Positions 53,949-63,999 of a DNA stretch of 64,000 nt are shown here, piece by piece. Both the position numbers and the translations under genes were made by a program. The notes below the pieces were generated by a model that saw nothing but the letters and a program-made list of their open reading frames with translations, ran no database searches and was not told the origin of the DNA. Numbering within the stretch: position 1 is the first letter of the stretch; each line of letters begins with the position of its first letter. Location of the stretch: IMG/VR virus record IMGVR_UViG_3300028833_000077; one strand, 5' to 3'. The DNA is from a virus. Its lineage: Duplodnaviria > Caudoviricetes.

Positions 53949-54752
53949 TTAATGAATCCAATGTGTCCCGATTTCTGCTTCTGCGGGGATGGGTAGCTTT
54001 GTGCATACTAGAGCAGCAGCAGATTCCATGCATTCCTTTAGTTTAACAGGCACAATGTTATGTAGTGCTTCAGGGTAAATGATGTCACTTTCATCATGGA
54101 CCAGTGCAGCAAACTCCACTTTTCCAAAATACCCACTGTCTACAACCCAATTGAAGAAGTTTGTCATAGCTATCTTCAGGATGACACAGCCAGAGCCTTG
54201 TGTTGGAGCATTAAGTGCCATACGGTCCCACTTTGATGCTGCCCTGAAGTGCATGGACACCTCTTGTGCTATAGCATCACCAGTTCCTTTATGTCTTAGT
54301 CTATACTCTTCCCAAAATTCTTGAGTGAAGGACTTCTGCCTTTCAAGCCATTCCTTGTGATCCCACCAGTACATCTTATGACCACTGTACTTGCACATCA
54401 GGATATATCCATTCTGTCTGACAAATTCAGAGCCTTTCTTCTTGAAGTCTGCAATTCCCTTAAATCTGTTATAATAGGCATCCACATAATGTTGGGCTTC
54501 TTCCTCGGATATTGCAAGCTGTGTTGCAAGTCCAAAGGCAGATCCACCGAACTGAATCAAAAACTCAGGACTCTTGGAACGCTTCCTCAGCTCAGGATAC
54601 TTCTTCTTGATTTCCTTGGTAGTAATACCCGGCTCCATCTGATCTGCAAAGAATGTCTGTGCCATCAAAGAATGAATGTCCCCACTGCCATGCAGGAACT
54701 CTTCTATCATATGGGGCTCATTGTAAATGTCAGCTCCTAGGCGACTTTCTAG
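53949..54752 (-). CDS. polA: DNA polymerase family A, exon 2
   Basis: Begins LESRLGA (second half of motif A); 'GDIHS', motif B 'RKRSKSPEF..QFG', 'RMALNAPTQGSG', motif C 'LVHDE'. Confidence 0.9.
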   Translation of the reverse strand, partial: LESRLGADIYNEPHMIEEFLHGSGDIHSLMAQTFFADQMEPGITTKEIKKKYPELRKRSKSPEFLIQFGGSAFGLATQLAISEEEAQHYVDAYYNRFKGIADFKKKGSEFVRQNGYILMCKYSGHKMYWWDHKEWLERQKSFTQEFWEEYRLRHKGTGDAIAQEVSMHFRAASKWDRMALNAPTQGSGCVILKIAMTNFFNWVVDSGYFGKVEFAALVHDESDIIYPEALHNIVPVKLKECMESAAALVCTKLPIPAEAEIGTHWIH

Positions 54753-54780
54753 CACCCCGATTCAGGGGTGGACTATCCCT

Positions 54781-55779
54781 TTACCATGCACACATAGGTG
54801 TGTTTAGGTAGCGCATTATAGTCTCTGCACCTTCCATAATATACTGACCGTTCTTTTTGTTTATAAGATGACCAGCACTATTATAGCTTGGCTCAGGGTT
54901 AGGGGAAGCAACCCCTTCCTTGAATTTCGCGCATTTTTCTCTAAGCATTTCTGCAAAGAGGTGCCCTCTTTCATATTTACGCATCAAGTAAATATGAGCT
55001 TCATTGTACATTAAATTGGCAACTCTAACAACATCTACTGTTTTTTGTACTTCTAAATAGTACAAGTAGTTATTGTTTGGTTTCTTTCTTTTACTAAGAG
55101 TGCTTTCTATGCCTAAGGAATGCAGGTAATCCTTTATCTTTTGTAAAAAGATCAAGGACTTTCCACATATTCCCCACTGCATGGTATTACCCTTATTAGT
55201 AGAGTGCCAATACCCATCTCCATCGAATATCCCTCGCAGGATGTGCGGTGTTAATGGGGTATAAATATCACATTCATAAGATTTATTATGGAAATTCCCA
55301 TGTTCTTCAAGCCAGGCAGCAATTAAATCACTCCTGACAGAAGTACTGAACATGTAAGTGTTACACTTCTTTTGAAGCACTTTTGAAACCTTATTTCTAG
55401 GACAAGCGAAGTCCCTGAATTTCTCTACCATCTCCTTATCCTTTAACGACAGTGAGATTGCCACAGAATTAGTTTCTTTTCTGTGACATACACAACCATC
55501 AGTCAAAAGGAGCCCAAGAAAGTATTCAGACTTCTCATCTCCAATTTTAAAAGGGTTCTCTTTAACTCTTGTATTAACTTCTTTAGGAGTTCTTGGAGCT
55601 ATCCCATAACGTAACAACACTCTTCTGATGCTAGTGTTGTAAGTGTTCCATTTCTTAGCAATCTCTACAGTGTTTAATCCTGCTTGATAATCACTAATAA
55701 TACTTTGTTCCTTTTCAATACTAAATCTCATATTATCCTGATTTTTGTATTGCAAATTTAAGCAGAGTAATCGGAACAT
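54781..55779 (-). CDS. Intron-encoded LAGLIDADG homing endonuclease with N-terminal HTH (likely start MRFSIE, 55731)
   Basis: 'YFLGLLLTDGCV' and 'ILRGIFDGDG' double motifs. Confidence 0.9.
   Translation of the reverse strand: MFRLLCLNLQYKNQDNMRFSIEKEQSIISDYQAGLNTVEIAKKWNTYNTSIRRVLLRYGIAPRTPKEVNTRVKENPFKIGDEKSEYFLGLLLTDGCVCHRKETNSVAISLSLKDKEMVEKFRDFACPRNKVSKVLQKKCNTYMFSTSVRSDLIAAWLEEHGNFHNKSYECDIYTPLTPHILRGIFDGDGYWHSTNKGNTMQWGICGKSLIFLQKIKDYLHSLGIESTLSKRKKPNNNYLYYLEVQKTVDVVRVANLMYNEAHIYLMRKYERGHLFAEMLREKCAKFKEGVASPNPEPSYNSAGHLINKKNGQYIMEGAETIMRYLNTPMCAW
55753..55760 (-). promoter_or_regulatory. Intron-internal TAAATTTG promoter element for the endonuclease
   Basis: TAnnTTTG match about 22 nt upstream of the MRFSIE start. 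Confidence 0.5.
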
Positions 55780-55825
55780 ACTATCTTATAAATATTACAC
55801 TTATACTAATTAATCATTTTACTTA

Positions 55826-57076
55826 AGCACTGAAGTCGCAGCTGCACCATTCATAGCCTTTAGGAGCTGTAAAGCATCCTCTGGTCTGCTCATCTGCAGG
55901 AAGCTGCTGACAATTCGGATAGGTACAGTCCTTAGGCTTTACCTTATTTACCTTGGCAAGGTCCTCATTAGGCTGCTGTGAGCCACAGGACATGCGGCCA
56001 CTCGCTGCACCCAGCTGCTTGTATACAGTATGTATCCTATCTGTCTTTGGATTGATGGCATTCAGATGGCCTTGTCCAAAGGATGAGCACACCTTAAAGT
56101 GTTCTTGATAGTCAAAGTACAGTTTGAGGAACTCATCACATATTCCCTTCTGTGCCTTCAGTAGCTTCTCAAGTACAGAATCCTTGTCCTCACCAGTCTT
56201 CTTGTCCTTTGTGGCAGTATTGAATCCTAGTATCTTCGCTATCTTAACTACTTGCATGGAACTAGACCAGTTTACCTTCACCTTTGGAGTCAAGTCAAAC
56301 CCACTGAACAAATCTCCCTGAGTGTCTATGTAGACAAATTGCTTCAGGTCATTACGTGTGACCACAAAGTCATTGAGAAGCTTTTCTGCTTGAGCAAGCT
56401 TTTCCTGATCAGACTTCATCTTATCCATCCACTTGGCTCTGTCCAGATGGATACCGCACCATTCAAGGTAGGATATAGCAGGGATGAAGTCACACTCTAT
56501 CTTGGCTGCCTTCATAAGGTCCTGTTTCTTGAGGTCTTCTACTTGAGACCACATGATTCTTTCAAGATAGGTGACATCTCCAGCTGCATACATGATGACT
56601 TGGGTGTCAAGTCCTCTCCACTGAATTTCCCCTCGGACAGTCTTGTCAATGTTGATATGTAATCTTCTGTCAGCAATGGCATTCAATGCATAAGAGATTT
56701 GCCCTGCAGGCCACCCAAGATGGAGCAGCTGCTCCACAATCATAGTATCATATACTCTTCTGATGATGATACCATAGTTGAAGAAGAACTGCAAGTCAAA
56801 CTTTGCATTCTGTAGTACACATAGTGCATTCTCTAGTATGTGCTTGTACTTCTTGATGTCTACAGTAGTACAGTCCACTACTATCCTGGCATCTGCCTTG
56901 TCATTTCCAAATTGTACACAGAGAAAGTCACATAAATGTGCATCACGGCCTGTAGTCTCACTGTCCAGCTGGATAATCTTCCAATTCTCCATTATCTTGA
57001 GGGACTCCTCAACAGAGATAATTTTGTAATCATCCCTGTCAAAGAGTTCCTGTTGATGTGTTACCAGATAGACCAT
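55826..57076 (-). CDS. polA: DNA polymerase family A, exon 1 (3'-5' exonuclease and start of polymerase domain)
   Basis: Exo motifs 'LDSETTG', 'QNAKFDL', 'YAAGD'; 'SGRMSC...PNCQQLP....RGCF...CSCDFSA'. Spliced product is 684 aa. Confidence 0.9.
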
Positions 57077-57519
57077 TACATCTTGGTATATGCGATCAGT
57101 GCGTCAAAATCCAATACATATTTGAACTTGTTGAAGAACCTTGACCCTATGACTCCATGGAGATTCACCCCATAGTCGTTCTTCATCAGGTCAAAAGGTG
57201 CTCTCATGTCCTTGATGAGATAGTCAAATGGATACACCTCATTCTTGTATGAGAATGTGATGTTGCATTTATCCACTTTATGAACCTTGCCATCCAAACC
57301 TGACAGTGTGCCTTCATAGTCCACTTTCTCATAGTCCACCTCATCAAGCACACTAGCATCTATGATGTTGTCATTGCTGCCTGTATCGAAGAGGAAGTTA
57401 TACTTTCGGTCTCCCTGATAGAATGTAACCATAGGAAGACCAGTCAGGTCCATTGATTCCCTGAAGCTGATTGCCTTGGGATGGATGTCAAATATCTTAT
57501 TAAATAGTTTCTTTAGCAT
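57076..57519 (-). CDS. Retropepsin-like aspartyl protease
   Basis: 'NFLFDTGS' catalytic motif and 'GVIGSRFF....VLDF'. Confidence 0.85.
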   Translation of the reverse strand: MLKKLFNKIFDIHPKAISFRESMDLTGLPMVTFYQGDRKYNFLFDTGSNDNIIDASVLDEVDYEKVDYEGTLSGLDGKVHKVDKCNITFSYKNEVYPFDYLIKDMRAPFDLMKNDYGVNLHGVIGSRFFNKFKYVLDFDALIAYTKM

Positions 57520-57571
57520 AATATTGTTTTGTTATTGTTAGTCTGCCCCTCACTAGAGGCTGACATGAGTT

Positions 57572-57661
57572 TTAGCATGCTTGTGGGCCACCATGACGAT
57601 TGTCCCACCATAACCACAGTACCACCAGTACCATGGTTACTATGAATGATTCCATCAGCAT
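57572..57661 (-). CDS. Very small membrane peptide (29 aa, not in ORF track)
   Basis: MLMESFIVTMVLVVLWLWWDNRHGGPQAC, starting 1 nt after the dUTPase stop. Confidence 0.4.
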   Translation of the reverse strand: MLMESFIVTMVLVVLWLWWDNRHGGPQAC

Positions 57662-57662
57662 A

Positions 57663-58172
57663 CTAGACACCTGTTGAGCCGAACCCACCCCTCTCAGGAT
57701 TGTCCAATGAATCCACTTGCTCTATCTCTATTCCTGAGGAGAACAGCCATTTCAGCTTCTGCCACATGGTTGCCTTCTGGTTTGGCTGTATTCTGAACTG
57801 GCACAGCCGTGTGCCTTTTGGGATGGTGATGTCCTGGGTGGCCACTACAGGCATCTTCCACTCATCCTTGTCTGACTTGTATGACTGGTCTATGATGCCC
57901 AATGAGTTGCTCTCCATCAGGCCGTACTTCCTGAATGTGGAACTCCTTGGAGCCACAATGGACTCAAAGCCCTCAGGAACCTCTATACACACCCCAAGAG
58001 GGATAATATCAGAGTCGAATGTCACATTCCTGTAGCCATCAGACTTCTTGTTGAGGTCCACCTTAGGAGCAACCAGATTGACGGTTTCTGCTGTATGGAG
58101 GTCTATCCAGTCACCTTTGTCAGAGACTTCAGGAAGGCATCCTTCAGTCTTTACCAATACTTTTATCTTCAT
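57663..58172 (-). CDS. dut: dUTPase (trimeric)
   Basis: 'GDWIDL', 'APRSST', 'GIIDQSY', 'RLCQFRI', 'RGGFGSTG'. Confidence 0.92.
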   Translation of the reverse strand: MKIKVLVKTEGCLPEVSDKGDWIDLHTAETVNLVAPKVDLNKKSDGYRNVTFDSDIIPLGVCIEVPEGFESIVAPRSSTFRKYGLMESNSLGIIDQSYKSDKDEWKMPVVATQDITIPKGTRLCQFRIQPNQKATMWQKLKWLFSSGIEIEQVDSLDNPERGGFGSTGV

Positions 58173-58303
58173 TTTTCCAATTCCTTTATTTGTGTTTTGA
58201 AACTGTTGATGGCAGTACCTATGGATGTACTGCTGCCAGGGAACTCCTTGTCAATGTCCTCAAGACACTGAACCCATCCCTTAAGTGTTTCAAGTCTATT
58301 CAT
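58169..58303 (-). CDS. Small hypothetical protein (44 aa, not in ORF track)
   Basis: MNRLETLKGWVQCLEDIDKEFPG...; ATGA overlap with dut. Confidence 0.5.
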   Translation of the reverse strand: MNRLETLKGWVQCLEDIDKEFPGSSTSIGTAINSFKTQIKELEK

Positions 58304-58580
58304 TATGTTCAGCTATTACATTCAACAATGTCCTCCTTGCCACCTTGTCTATGAGTGCATCAATGGCATCAGGATTCTTCTGCTTGTCCTCAAACAGCAC
58401 AATCATCTTGCATGTCAGGGCATGGGGAAACACCCTCACAGAAGTCTTGAGAGGCTTCTTGGGGATGTATCCCTTGAGGATGTCCTCAAACACCCTCCTC
58501 ATATGCTCTGACTGATGGTATAGGATCTTCCAGGGTACCTTCAGCTTTGTGGAGAACTGTCTTAAGTCTGGAGTGTACAC
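58296..58580 (-). CDS. Hypothetical protein
   Basis: 94 aa, coupled to the exonuclease gene. Confidence 0.55.
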   Translation of the reverse strand: MYTPDLRQFSTKLKVPWKILYHQSEHMRRVFEDILKGYIPKKPLKTSVRVFPHALTCKMIVLFEDKQKNPDAIDALIDKVARRTLLNVIAEHNE

Positions 58581-59623
58581 TACTGCTTGACCTTTAGACG
58601 TGTGATTATGTTGACTCCATCCTTCTCAATGCCATTGGGGACAAGTGGCCTATTGTCAAGATAGCCCTTGAGCTCTTTTCCAAGGTCATAGGGGTCACGA
58701 ATCTCATTGCCCTTGTCATCCACCAGTGTTCCCATGGTCTTGGTCAATGGGAACTCCCATACTAGAGGTGTGAGGGTCTTTGGGTTGATGATGACAAATT
58801 TGTAGTCAGCCAGCTCAAAGTCCTTGAAGTAGTCATCCCTGTCCATGTTATCCCTGATGTTGCGCCAGTAGAGTCTTGCCTGCTGGTAGTAGTGGTACCT
58901 CATGAAGTTGTCAGGAAAATCCCATTCAGTGCATCCCAGTGAAGTCTTGAGGTCTATCGGATAGACAATCTTGCTTTCATAATCGGATATTAAGATGTCG
59001 GCCATACTTCTGTAATCCACACCATCATGACTGAACTTGAACTTCAACTGATAGTACCTCTTTATGGGGGAGAATGGGTCATCCTGTGCGAAGAACCCAC
59101 TTGTTGCAGGGGACTCCCTGAGAGCCCTTACACAGTTGAGGACATTGGTGTAGGTCTCATTGCTGATGACTGTCTTATCCGAGCAGTTGCGTAGGGCATG
59201 GTAGTATTCTGCCACAGTACCTGTCTTGAGTACCTCATCATACCTTCTCTTGTCCCACTTGGGATCTTTCCAGAATCCAACAGACTTAGCAATATCTGAC
59301 ACTGTCTGAGGAGGGATGTCTGCAAAGGAGTCATAGGGCAGGTTCCTGTTTGCCAGTTCCTTGACGATGGTATAGCCATTGTCTGTCAGTTCAATGTTGG
59401 CTACATAGAACTGGCTGTTGAACTCAGCCTCACCTCCAGTGAGAAGGGCATCACAGCATGAGCCAAACACCAATGAGGGGGACTCCTTCTTATCGAACAA
59501 ATGGTCAAGCCCATTGAATCCTACTGACTCAAATGTGGATATGGTTGAATAGCTCAGTGCCTCATCTGCCCTATACACACTTTCAGGTACCTGCCAACTG
59601 ATGTCTTTTAGTTCCTTTTCCAT
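58580..59623 (-). CDS. PD-(D/E)xK exonuclease (RecE/exonuclease VIII-like)
   Basis: 'YRADEALSYS', 'FGS..DALL', 'RSMAD......PIDLKT', 'Y.YYQQARLY'. Confidence 0.8.
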   Translation of the reverse strand: MEKELKDISWQVPESVYRADEALSYSTISTFESVGFNGLDHLFDKKESPSLVFGSCCDALLTGGEAEFNSQFYVANIELTDNGYTIVKELANRNLPYDSFADIPPQTVSDIAKSVGFWKDPKWDKRRYDEVLKTGTVAEYYHALRNCSDKTVISNETYTNVLNCVRALRESPATSGFFAQDDPFSPIKRYYQLKFKFSHDGVDYRSMADILISDYESKIVYPIDLKTSLGCTEWDFPDNFMRYHYYQQARLYWRNIRDNMDRDDYFKDFELADYKFVIINPKTLTPLVWEFPLTKTMGTLVDDKGNEIRDPYDLGKELKGYLDNRPLVPNGIEKDGVNIITRLKVKQ

Positions 59624-59644
59624 TGGTACTTCTTGCTATCGTCA

Positions 59645-59914
59645 TTACACCTTCTTCTTCTCTACATACCACTCATAGAGAGGACCTGCAGCCTTATAGA
59701 TATCGGACAGTGCCTGCATTTTGATGGGAAATATCTCGTTGGTGAACTTCTCACTGAGTTTCTCCAAGTCATCGAATTCCTGTGTCAGAACGGGGAGGAA
59801 GTCATGCAGGTATTTTGCAAAACTCTCCACCTTCTCTGTGTTGCTACTGAATTTTACATAGCTGGTAGGATTGACTGTCTTGCCAGCGTTTGAATAGTTT
59901 CCAATGTTGCTCAT
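59645..59914 (-). CDS. Hypothetical protein
   Basis: 89-aa ORF. Confidence 0.6.
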   Translation of the reverse strand: MSNIGNYSNAGKTVNPTSYVKFSSNTEKVESFAKYLHDFLPVLTQEFDDLEKLSEKFTNEIFPIKMQALSDIYKAAGPLYEWYVEKKKV

Positions 59915-59919
59915 GTCTT

Positions 59920-60489
59920 TTACAATTGAATTTTAATTAATTTAAAGTTATAACCGTTTGTATATTCCTTCTCTCCAGTGAGCACCCTGAGGATGCTTCC
60001 CATAGGTGCATGGATGTTGAGGTCATCTACAGCCTCTGCCACTGAGTCATATAGCTTGGGCTCAAAGGACTTCTTCTTGGTAGGCTTCTTGGTCACCTGT
60101 ATGGCATACCCAAGATACACAAGATGCCTGTCCAGCATCTCAAGCAGGGACTTCCTCGCATCATGTATCTGATGGAATATGGTGTCAGGCTCATTCTCTT
60201 GAAGCCACTTGAAGACAAGCTTCTTCTTTATCTTCCACTCAGGAGTCTCAAAGCCCTTGCACTCAAGCATGATGGGGCCTATGGTGAAGTCAGGGGTGTA
60301 GGTGACCGAGCGTACCTTATCCTTTTGGAAGGGAGACCTGAACCCTTCTATGAGCTCTATCTTCCTGTCTTCGTACCGATAGGGTATGCCCAGTGCATCC
60401 AAGACCTTTGCAGTCTCAGCTTCCAAGGTGCTTCTGAAGTGCCTGCCTCCATAGTCAGCCTCGTGGACGTTGACTATCCTTTCCTTCAT
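59920..60489 (-). CDS. DUF1064-like PD-(D/E)xK endonuclease with C-terminal NUMOD1-like segment (start taken at MKERIV)
   Basis: 'FRSTLEA', 'YTPDF....LECKG...PEWKIK.KL'; C-terminal 'YDSVAEA......GSI.RVL.G.....NGYNF'. Confidence 0.75.
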   Translation of the reverse strand: MKERIVNVHEADYGGRHFRSTLEAETAKVLDALGIPYRYEDRKIELIEGFRSPFQKDKVRSVTYTPDFTIGPIMLECKGFETPEWKIKKKLVFKWLQENEPDTIFHQIHDARKSLLEMLDRHLVYLGYAIQVTKKPTKKKSFEPKLYDSVAEAVDDLNIHAPMGSILRVLTGEKEYTNGYNFKLIKIQL

Positions 60490-60829
60490 TTTTCTTGAGA
60501 GTCTTGTATAATTTCTCCAGTGCCTCCACTTCAGCCAGGATTTTCTTGTTCTGCTTCTGGAGTTCCTCAATGACACAGTCTGTCTTCTCCAGTTTATCCC
60601 AGATTTCCTCAAGGTCATCACTGAAGTCAATCAGTTCATCGTCCTCTTCATCAGACTCCCTTTCCTCAATGACTTCCTGTTCAAGCAGTTCGTCCACCAG
60701 TTCAGGCAGGAACTCCACCTCAAGGTGTGTGTGTTTGACTTTGCCTTTCTCCTTGCCTACCATGTCCAATTCGATGACCTCACCAAATTGGAGCTCATCG
60801 TCAGTTCCCTTCATAAAATACTTCTTCAT
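60455..60829 (-). CDS. Hypothetical acidic protein
   Basis: 124-aa ORF. Confidence 0.6.
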   Translation of the reverse strand: MKKYFMKGTDDELQFGEVIELDMVGKEKGKVKHTHLEVEFLPELVDELLEQEVIEERESDEEDDELIDFSDDLEEIWDKLEKTDCVIEELQKQNKKILAEVEALEKLYKTLKKNEGKDSQRPRG

Positions 60830-60855
60830 ATAAATCCTTTCCTAATTTTAATTGG

Positions 60856-61539
60856 TTAAACTTCTTCGTACCACTCTATACCATAGCCGTTCTGGCCTAT
60901 GAGTATCCTGTTGACCTCCTGCCATACATCCGATGGCATTCTGGTCTTCTGCCTTGCATACCATGAGGGATGCCTGATCCTAATGATGTGGTTTGACCTC
61001 TGGTCTATGTAGGGCTCAAACGACTGGGCTTGTGAGCCCATCAGGACATACACAATGCCTGTGGTATGCTTGGACATGTTGGAAAGCAGAGACTTCATGA
61101 ATGGTCTCCATAACAAGGAATGGATGTTTACTCTTCCAACCTCACAGGAGAGTGCTGAATTGAGCATCAGCACCCCCTGTGTCTCCCACTTCTCCAAACT
61201 CGGGTCAAATTTAATGATTCTATGGGGAACTGTATAGTCTATTACACTCTCCTTTAGAACATCTAAGGACGGAGAGTAGTCTTTCTCAAGTGTGTCTGTT
61301 GTGTTGGCGAGGGCTATTCCAGTGGCAACTGGCTTCCCATTCCTTACAGTAGGGTAGGGATCCTGGGCAACCACTACCACCCTTAGGTTGCTCATAGGAC
61401 ACATCCTAAATGCCTTGAATACATCATTTATGTCAGGACATATTCTTGCCTTAGAGGATATAAGCCTTCTCATTACTTTATCAGCTTCAGGAAGGTCTAT
61501 CACCTTTGACCAATCTCCAAAGAAATCCTCTATGGTCAT
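60856..61539 (-). CDS. ung: Uracil-DNA glycosylase (family 1)
   Basis: 'VVVVAQDPYP', 'ATGIA', 'W..QGVLMLN..L', 'HPS'. Confidence 0.9.
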   Translation of the reverse strand: MTIEDFFGDWSKVIDLPEADKVMRRLISSKARICPDINDVFKAFRMCPMSNLRVVVVAQDPYPTVRNGKPVATGIALANTTDTLEKDYSPSLDVLKESVIDYTVPHRIIKFDPSLEKWETQGVLMLNSALSCEVGRVNIHSLLWRPFMKSLLSNMSKHTTGIVYVLMGSQAQSFEPYIDQRSNHIIRIRHPSWYARQKTRMPSDVWQEVNRILIGQNGYGIEWYEEV

Positions 61540-61909
61540 GTCCTCTTCTTCATATACTGCCTTGCAATGTCAAGTATCTTGTCCGACACTGACCTATAGT
61601 TACCACTCATGTTTCTTTCCTCTACAGTAGGTATGGTATAGGTAGGACTGGTCTCAGGATTCATGGCTCCATCATAGAGGATGGTGGTCACATAGGGCTC
61701 CTCAAATCCTGAGTCTGTCCTGAATGGGATAACATGGCCAGTATCATCATACTCTGCAATGCCAATGGGTAGATAGGCACAGCACCTGAGCTTACCGTAC
61801 TCTGCAGATTTCCAAGGCACTGCGCAAATATCTACTGGATTGACCAAGCAGACAAGGCCTATGTCCCCATAGTAGTGTTGACTCAACCAACTTGTGCCGC
61901 CGATGTGTA
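61536..61909 (-). CDS. rIIB-like protein, exon 2
   Basis: After splicing reads ...CSRGLHIGGTSWLSQHYYG..GLVCLVNP.DI.AVP....GKLRCCAY, a T4 rIIB-like C-terminal signature. Confidence 0.8.
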
Positions 61910-63058
61910 CAATTTTTGTTATCCATGAGGCTTTTTATCCTCATGTTCTGCAGGTACTTTAACTCTCCCTGCAGTTCAGCATATATTTTGCTCCTATTGA
62001 TAGGAGACGGATACTCTTGGGTGGATTATATTTATTCACCACCTATGCGTTACACTACTCAGCAGCCTTACGCAATCTGCTGAGTTAGCTCGGTATTACT
62101 ACTATCATAGAATCTCATCACCTGTTTTACTTTATTCATTTTTCTAGTTAAGAAGAAGGTTGCATCCTTATACAACATTTCCATTATGACATAAGCTTGA
62201 AATTGGCTATAGTATCCCAAGACAAAATGCCCTCCATTATCATAGAGGTGACTTGTAAATTTTGGAAGCCATGTCCTTATGTCTTTAAGGATTTGAGCAG
62301 TCCCATTTGCCCAGCATATGGAAATCTTCCTATAAGTGCCATTGTCTAGTCTGTAAGCCTGTATACTTCCATCTCCGTCAGTATACCCTCTTAAAAAGTG
62401 GGCTTTCATGTTTTCAGGAATTAATTGGAAAATGTTTGACTCTGCATGCGTCTTGTCAATACAGAACCCAAGTTCCTGAAGCCTTTTATACATGATCGGG
62501 GATTTCCACCTAATCGAATGCTGTGGTTTTCTTTTGAAATTCTGGTTGTTGGAAGATTCAATGGGGTTATTTGGGCAGATGTATTTCTGTACCATCTCCA
62601 AAATCTCCACATCATCTTCTTGCAGCCTCATTCCAATTCTACCATCAGAGGCCAGATAGCCATCTGCATACAGGTAGCCTAGCAAATATGCCTTTATCTC
62701 AGAATCTATGGAATCAAAAAAGTGATCATTGGGTCTGTGCTTTCTCAAGTCAGCCCTATTGCCCATCTTTTTCCTAATCCAATAGTCCCAAGTACCTCTT
62801 GGAATGTCGTACTTCTTTTTAACTTCGGAATACCTCATTTTGTTTTCAAGGCACTCTTTTTCATAAATCTCTTTCAACTGTTCGCTTGTGTATTTCATCT
62901 TGCAACAAATTAACTTGTTGCGAAGGTATGAATTCTACTCCAAGTGAACAGCTTAGTAATAAAGGTGTTAAGGGTTTCTAAATAGGTTGTTAAATAGCTT
63001 CACCGATTTTACCCGTTATTTTCCAAGGGGATTACTCCCCAAGTGGGCTACACTGCTA
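61910..63058 (-). mobile_element. Group I intron (1149 nt) in the rIIB-like gene with LAGLIDADG ORF
   Basis: 5' splice site GGGU|UAGCAGUGUAGCCC forms P1 with the U.G pair; IGS GUGUA pairs with exon 2 UACAC (P10); terminal G at 61910. Core: AAAUCGGUGAA / AAUACCGAGC (P4), GUAACGCAUA / UAUAUGCUG (P7). Splicing restores the frame (993 nt, 330 aa). Confidence 0.9.
62068..62898 (-). CDS. Intron-encoded LAGLIDADG homing endonuclease
   Basis: 'AYLLGYLYADG' and 'HFLRGYTDGDGS'. Confidence 0.9.
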   Translation of the reverse strand: MKYTSEQLKEIYEKECLENKMRYSEVKKKYDIPRGTWDYWIRKKMGNRADLRKHRPNDHFFDSIDSEIKAYLLGYLYADGYLASDGRIGMRLQEDDVEILEMVQKYICPNNPIESSNNQNFKRKPQHSIRWKSPIMYKRLQELGFCIDKTHAESNIFQLIPENMKAHFLRGYTDGDGSIQAYRLDNGTYRKISICWANGTAQILKDIRTWLPKFTSHLYDNGGHFVLGYYSQFQAYVIMEMLYKDATFFLTRKMNKVKQVMRFYDSSNTELTQQIA

Positions 63059-63677
63059 ACCCCCTTGAGCACTCCACAGAACTGTCAAAGTCAATTTTGC
63101 TCCTACTAAGAGATACTGTATGGCCTATCATGATTCTGGTAGTACCTGAATGGTGGTCTGTATAGATGGTTGTCTCTGGGGTGTCACCTTTCTGATAAAT
63201 GTCTGCATTCCTGTATCCAACTACCAGTCCTGACTTGGTGATGACCATGCCCCACTTCTCAAGGAACTTGAATAGGTTCTCCCTGACTACAGCATCAGGA
63301 TTGAGGGACAGCAGTGTCCAGAAGTTCTTATAAGCACTCAGCTCATCCTCCTTCCCTTTCTTCTCTGCATCAAGTATCTTCTCTGCAAAGCTCATAGGAA
63401 GAGATAGTGGGGATACATCCTTCCAATAGACACTCTTGTCCTCAAAGACAAGGATGTCGGACTTCTCCATCTTCTCCCTGAAGATGATGACCCTTGCAGG
63501 ATCAACTCCATCCTCAGTCTCTTCAGGCACAAGGAAGTTGATGAGCTCAAACTCATTGTCTTCTGCCTGATACTCCTTGACTTTCTCAAACATCTCGTCA
63601 GTGCAGTTGTTGGTCTGGATGATTCTTCCTCCAGAGAGCACTGCCGTAAGGCTGTTGTTACATCTTATTATCTTCAT
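63059..63677 (-). CDS. rIIB-like protein, exon 1
   Basis: 'NFW.LL.LNP....RE.LF.FL......IT..G..VGYR...YTD.HSG.....IG..V...R...D......CSRG'. Confidence 0.8.
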
Positions 63678-63999
63678 CTAATACTCTGTTAATATAGTTT
63701 CTTAATTCCGAATAGGCTGCCTGGTCCAATCTCAGCTTCTTGTTCTTCATAAGGACGTAGAGGTCAAACCGAGGCAATGAGGGATGATCATGATTGAACT
63801 TGAGTGCATCCTTCAATTCATTCCATAATGCCATTATCTCCAAGTCCAAGTTCTTCTCATCCACAAGGCTCACAAAGCTCATGCCATTTCCATAATCAGA
63901 TATATAAGGAAGCTCGTCCAGTATGTTCTTAAGCTTCCATGATTTTTCTCTGAGAGGATCTGGGAAATATGGGGGAAGGATACATACTAGAGACGTGTT
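63658..63999 (-). CDS. 3' end of a larger gene (frame open to window edge), probably rIIA-like by synteny
   Basis: No stop codon between 63999 and 63883; overlaps the rIIB-like start; no diagnostic motif visible. Confidence 0.45.
   Translation of the reverse strand, partial: NTSLVCILPPYFPDPLREKSWKLKNILDELPYISDYGNGMSFVSLVDEKNLDLEIMALWNELKDALKFNHDHPSLPRFDLYVLMKNKKLRLDQAAYSELRNYINRVLDEDNKM

Larger units (their letters stand above)
54753..55825 (-). mobile_element. Group I intron (1073 nt) in polA motif A, carrying a LAGLIDADG ORF in the P1 loop
   Basis: Exon 1 ends ...GUGCU and the intron ends in G; splicing gives DFSA|LESR. IGS GGCAC (54965-54961) pairs with GUGCU including the U.G pair. Core elements: AAAUUCAAGGAA (P), AACCCUGAGCCAAG (Q), GCAGAGACUA (R), AAGGGAUAGUCC (S); P9 hairpin CACCCC-UGAAUC-GGGGUG. 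Confidence 0.9.

Noticed and set aside
59920-60630. 236-aa version of the endonuclease ORF
   Set aside because: The first 47 codons overlap the upstream gene; the ATG at 60489 (MKERIV) fits the domain start better.
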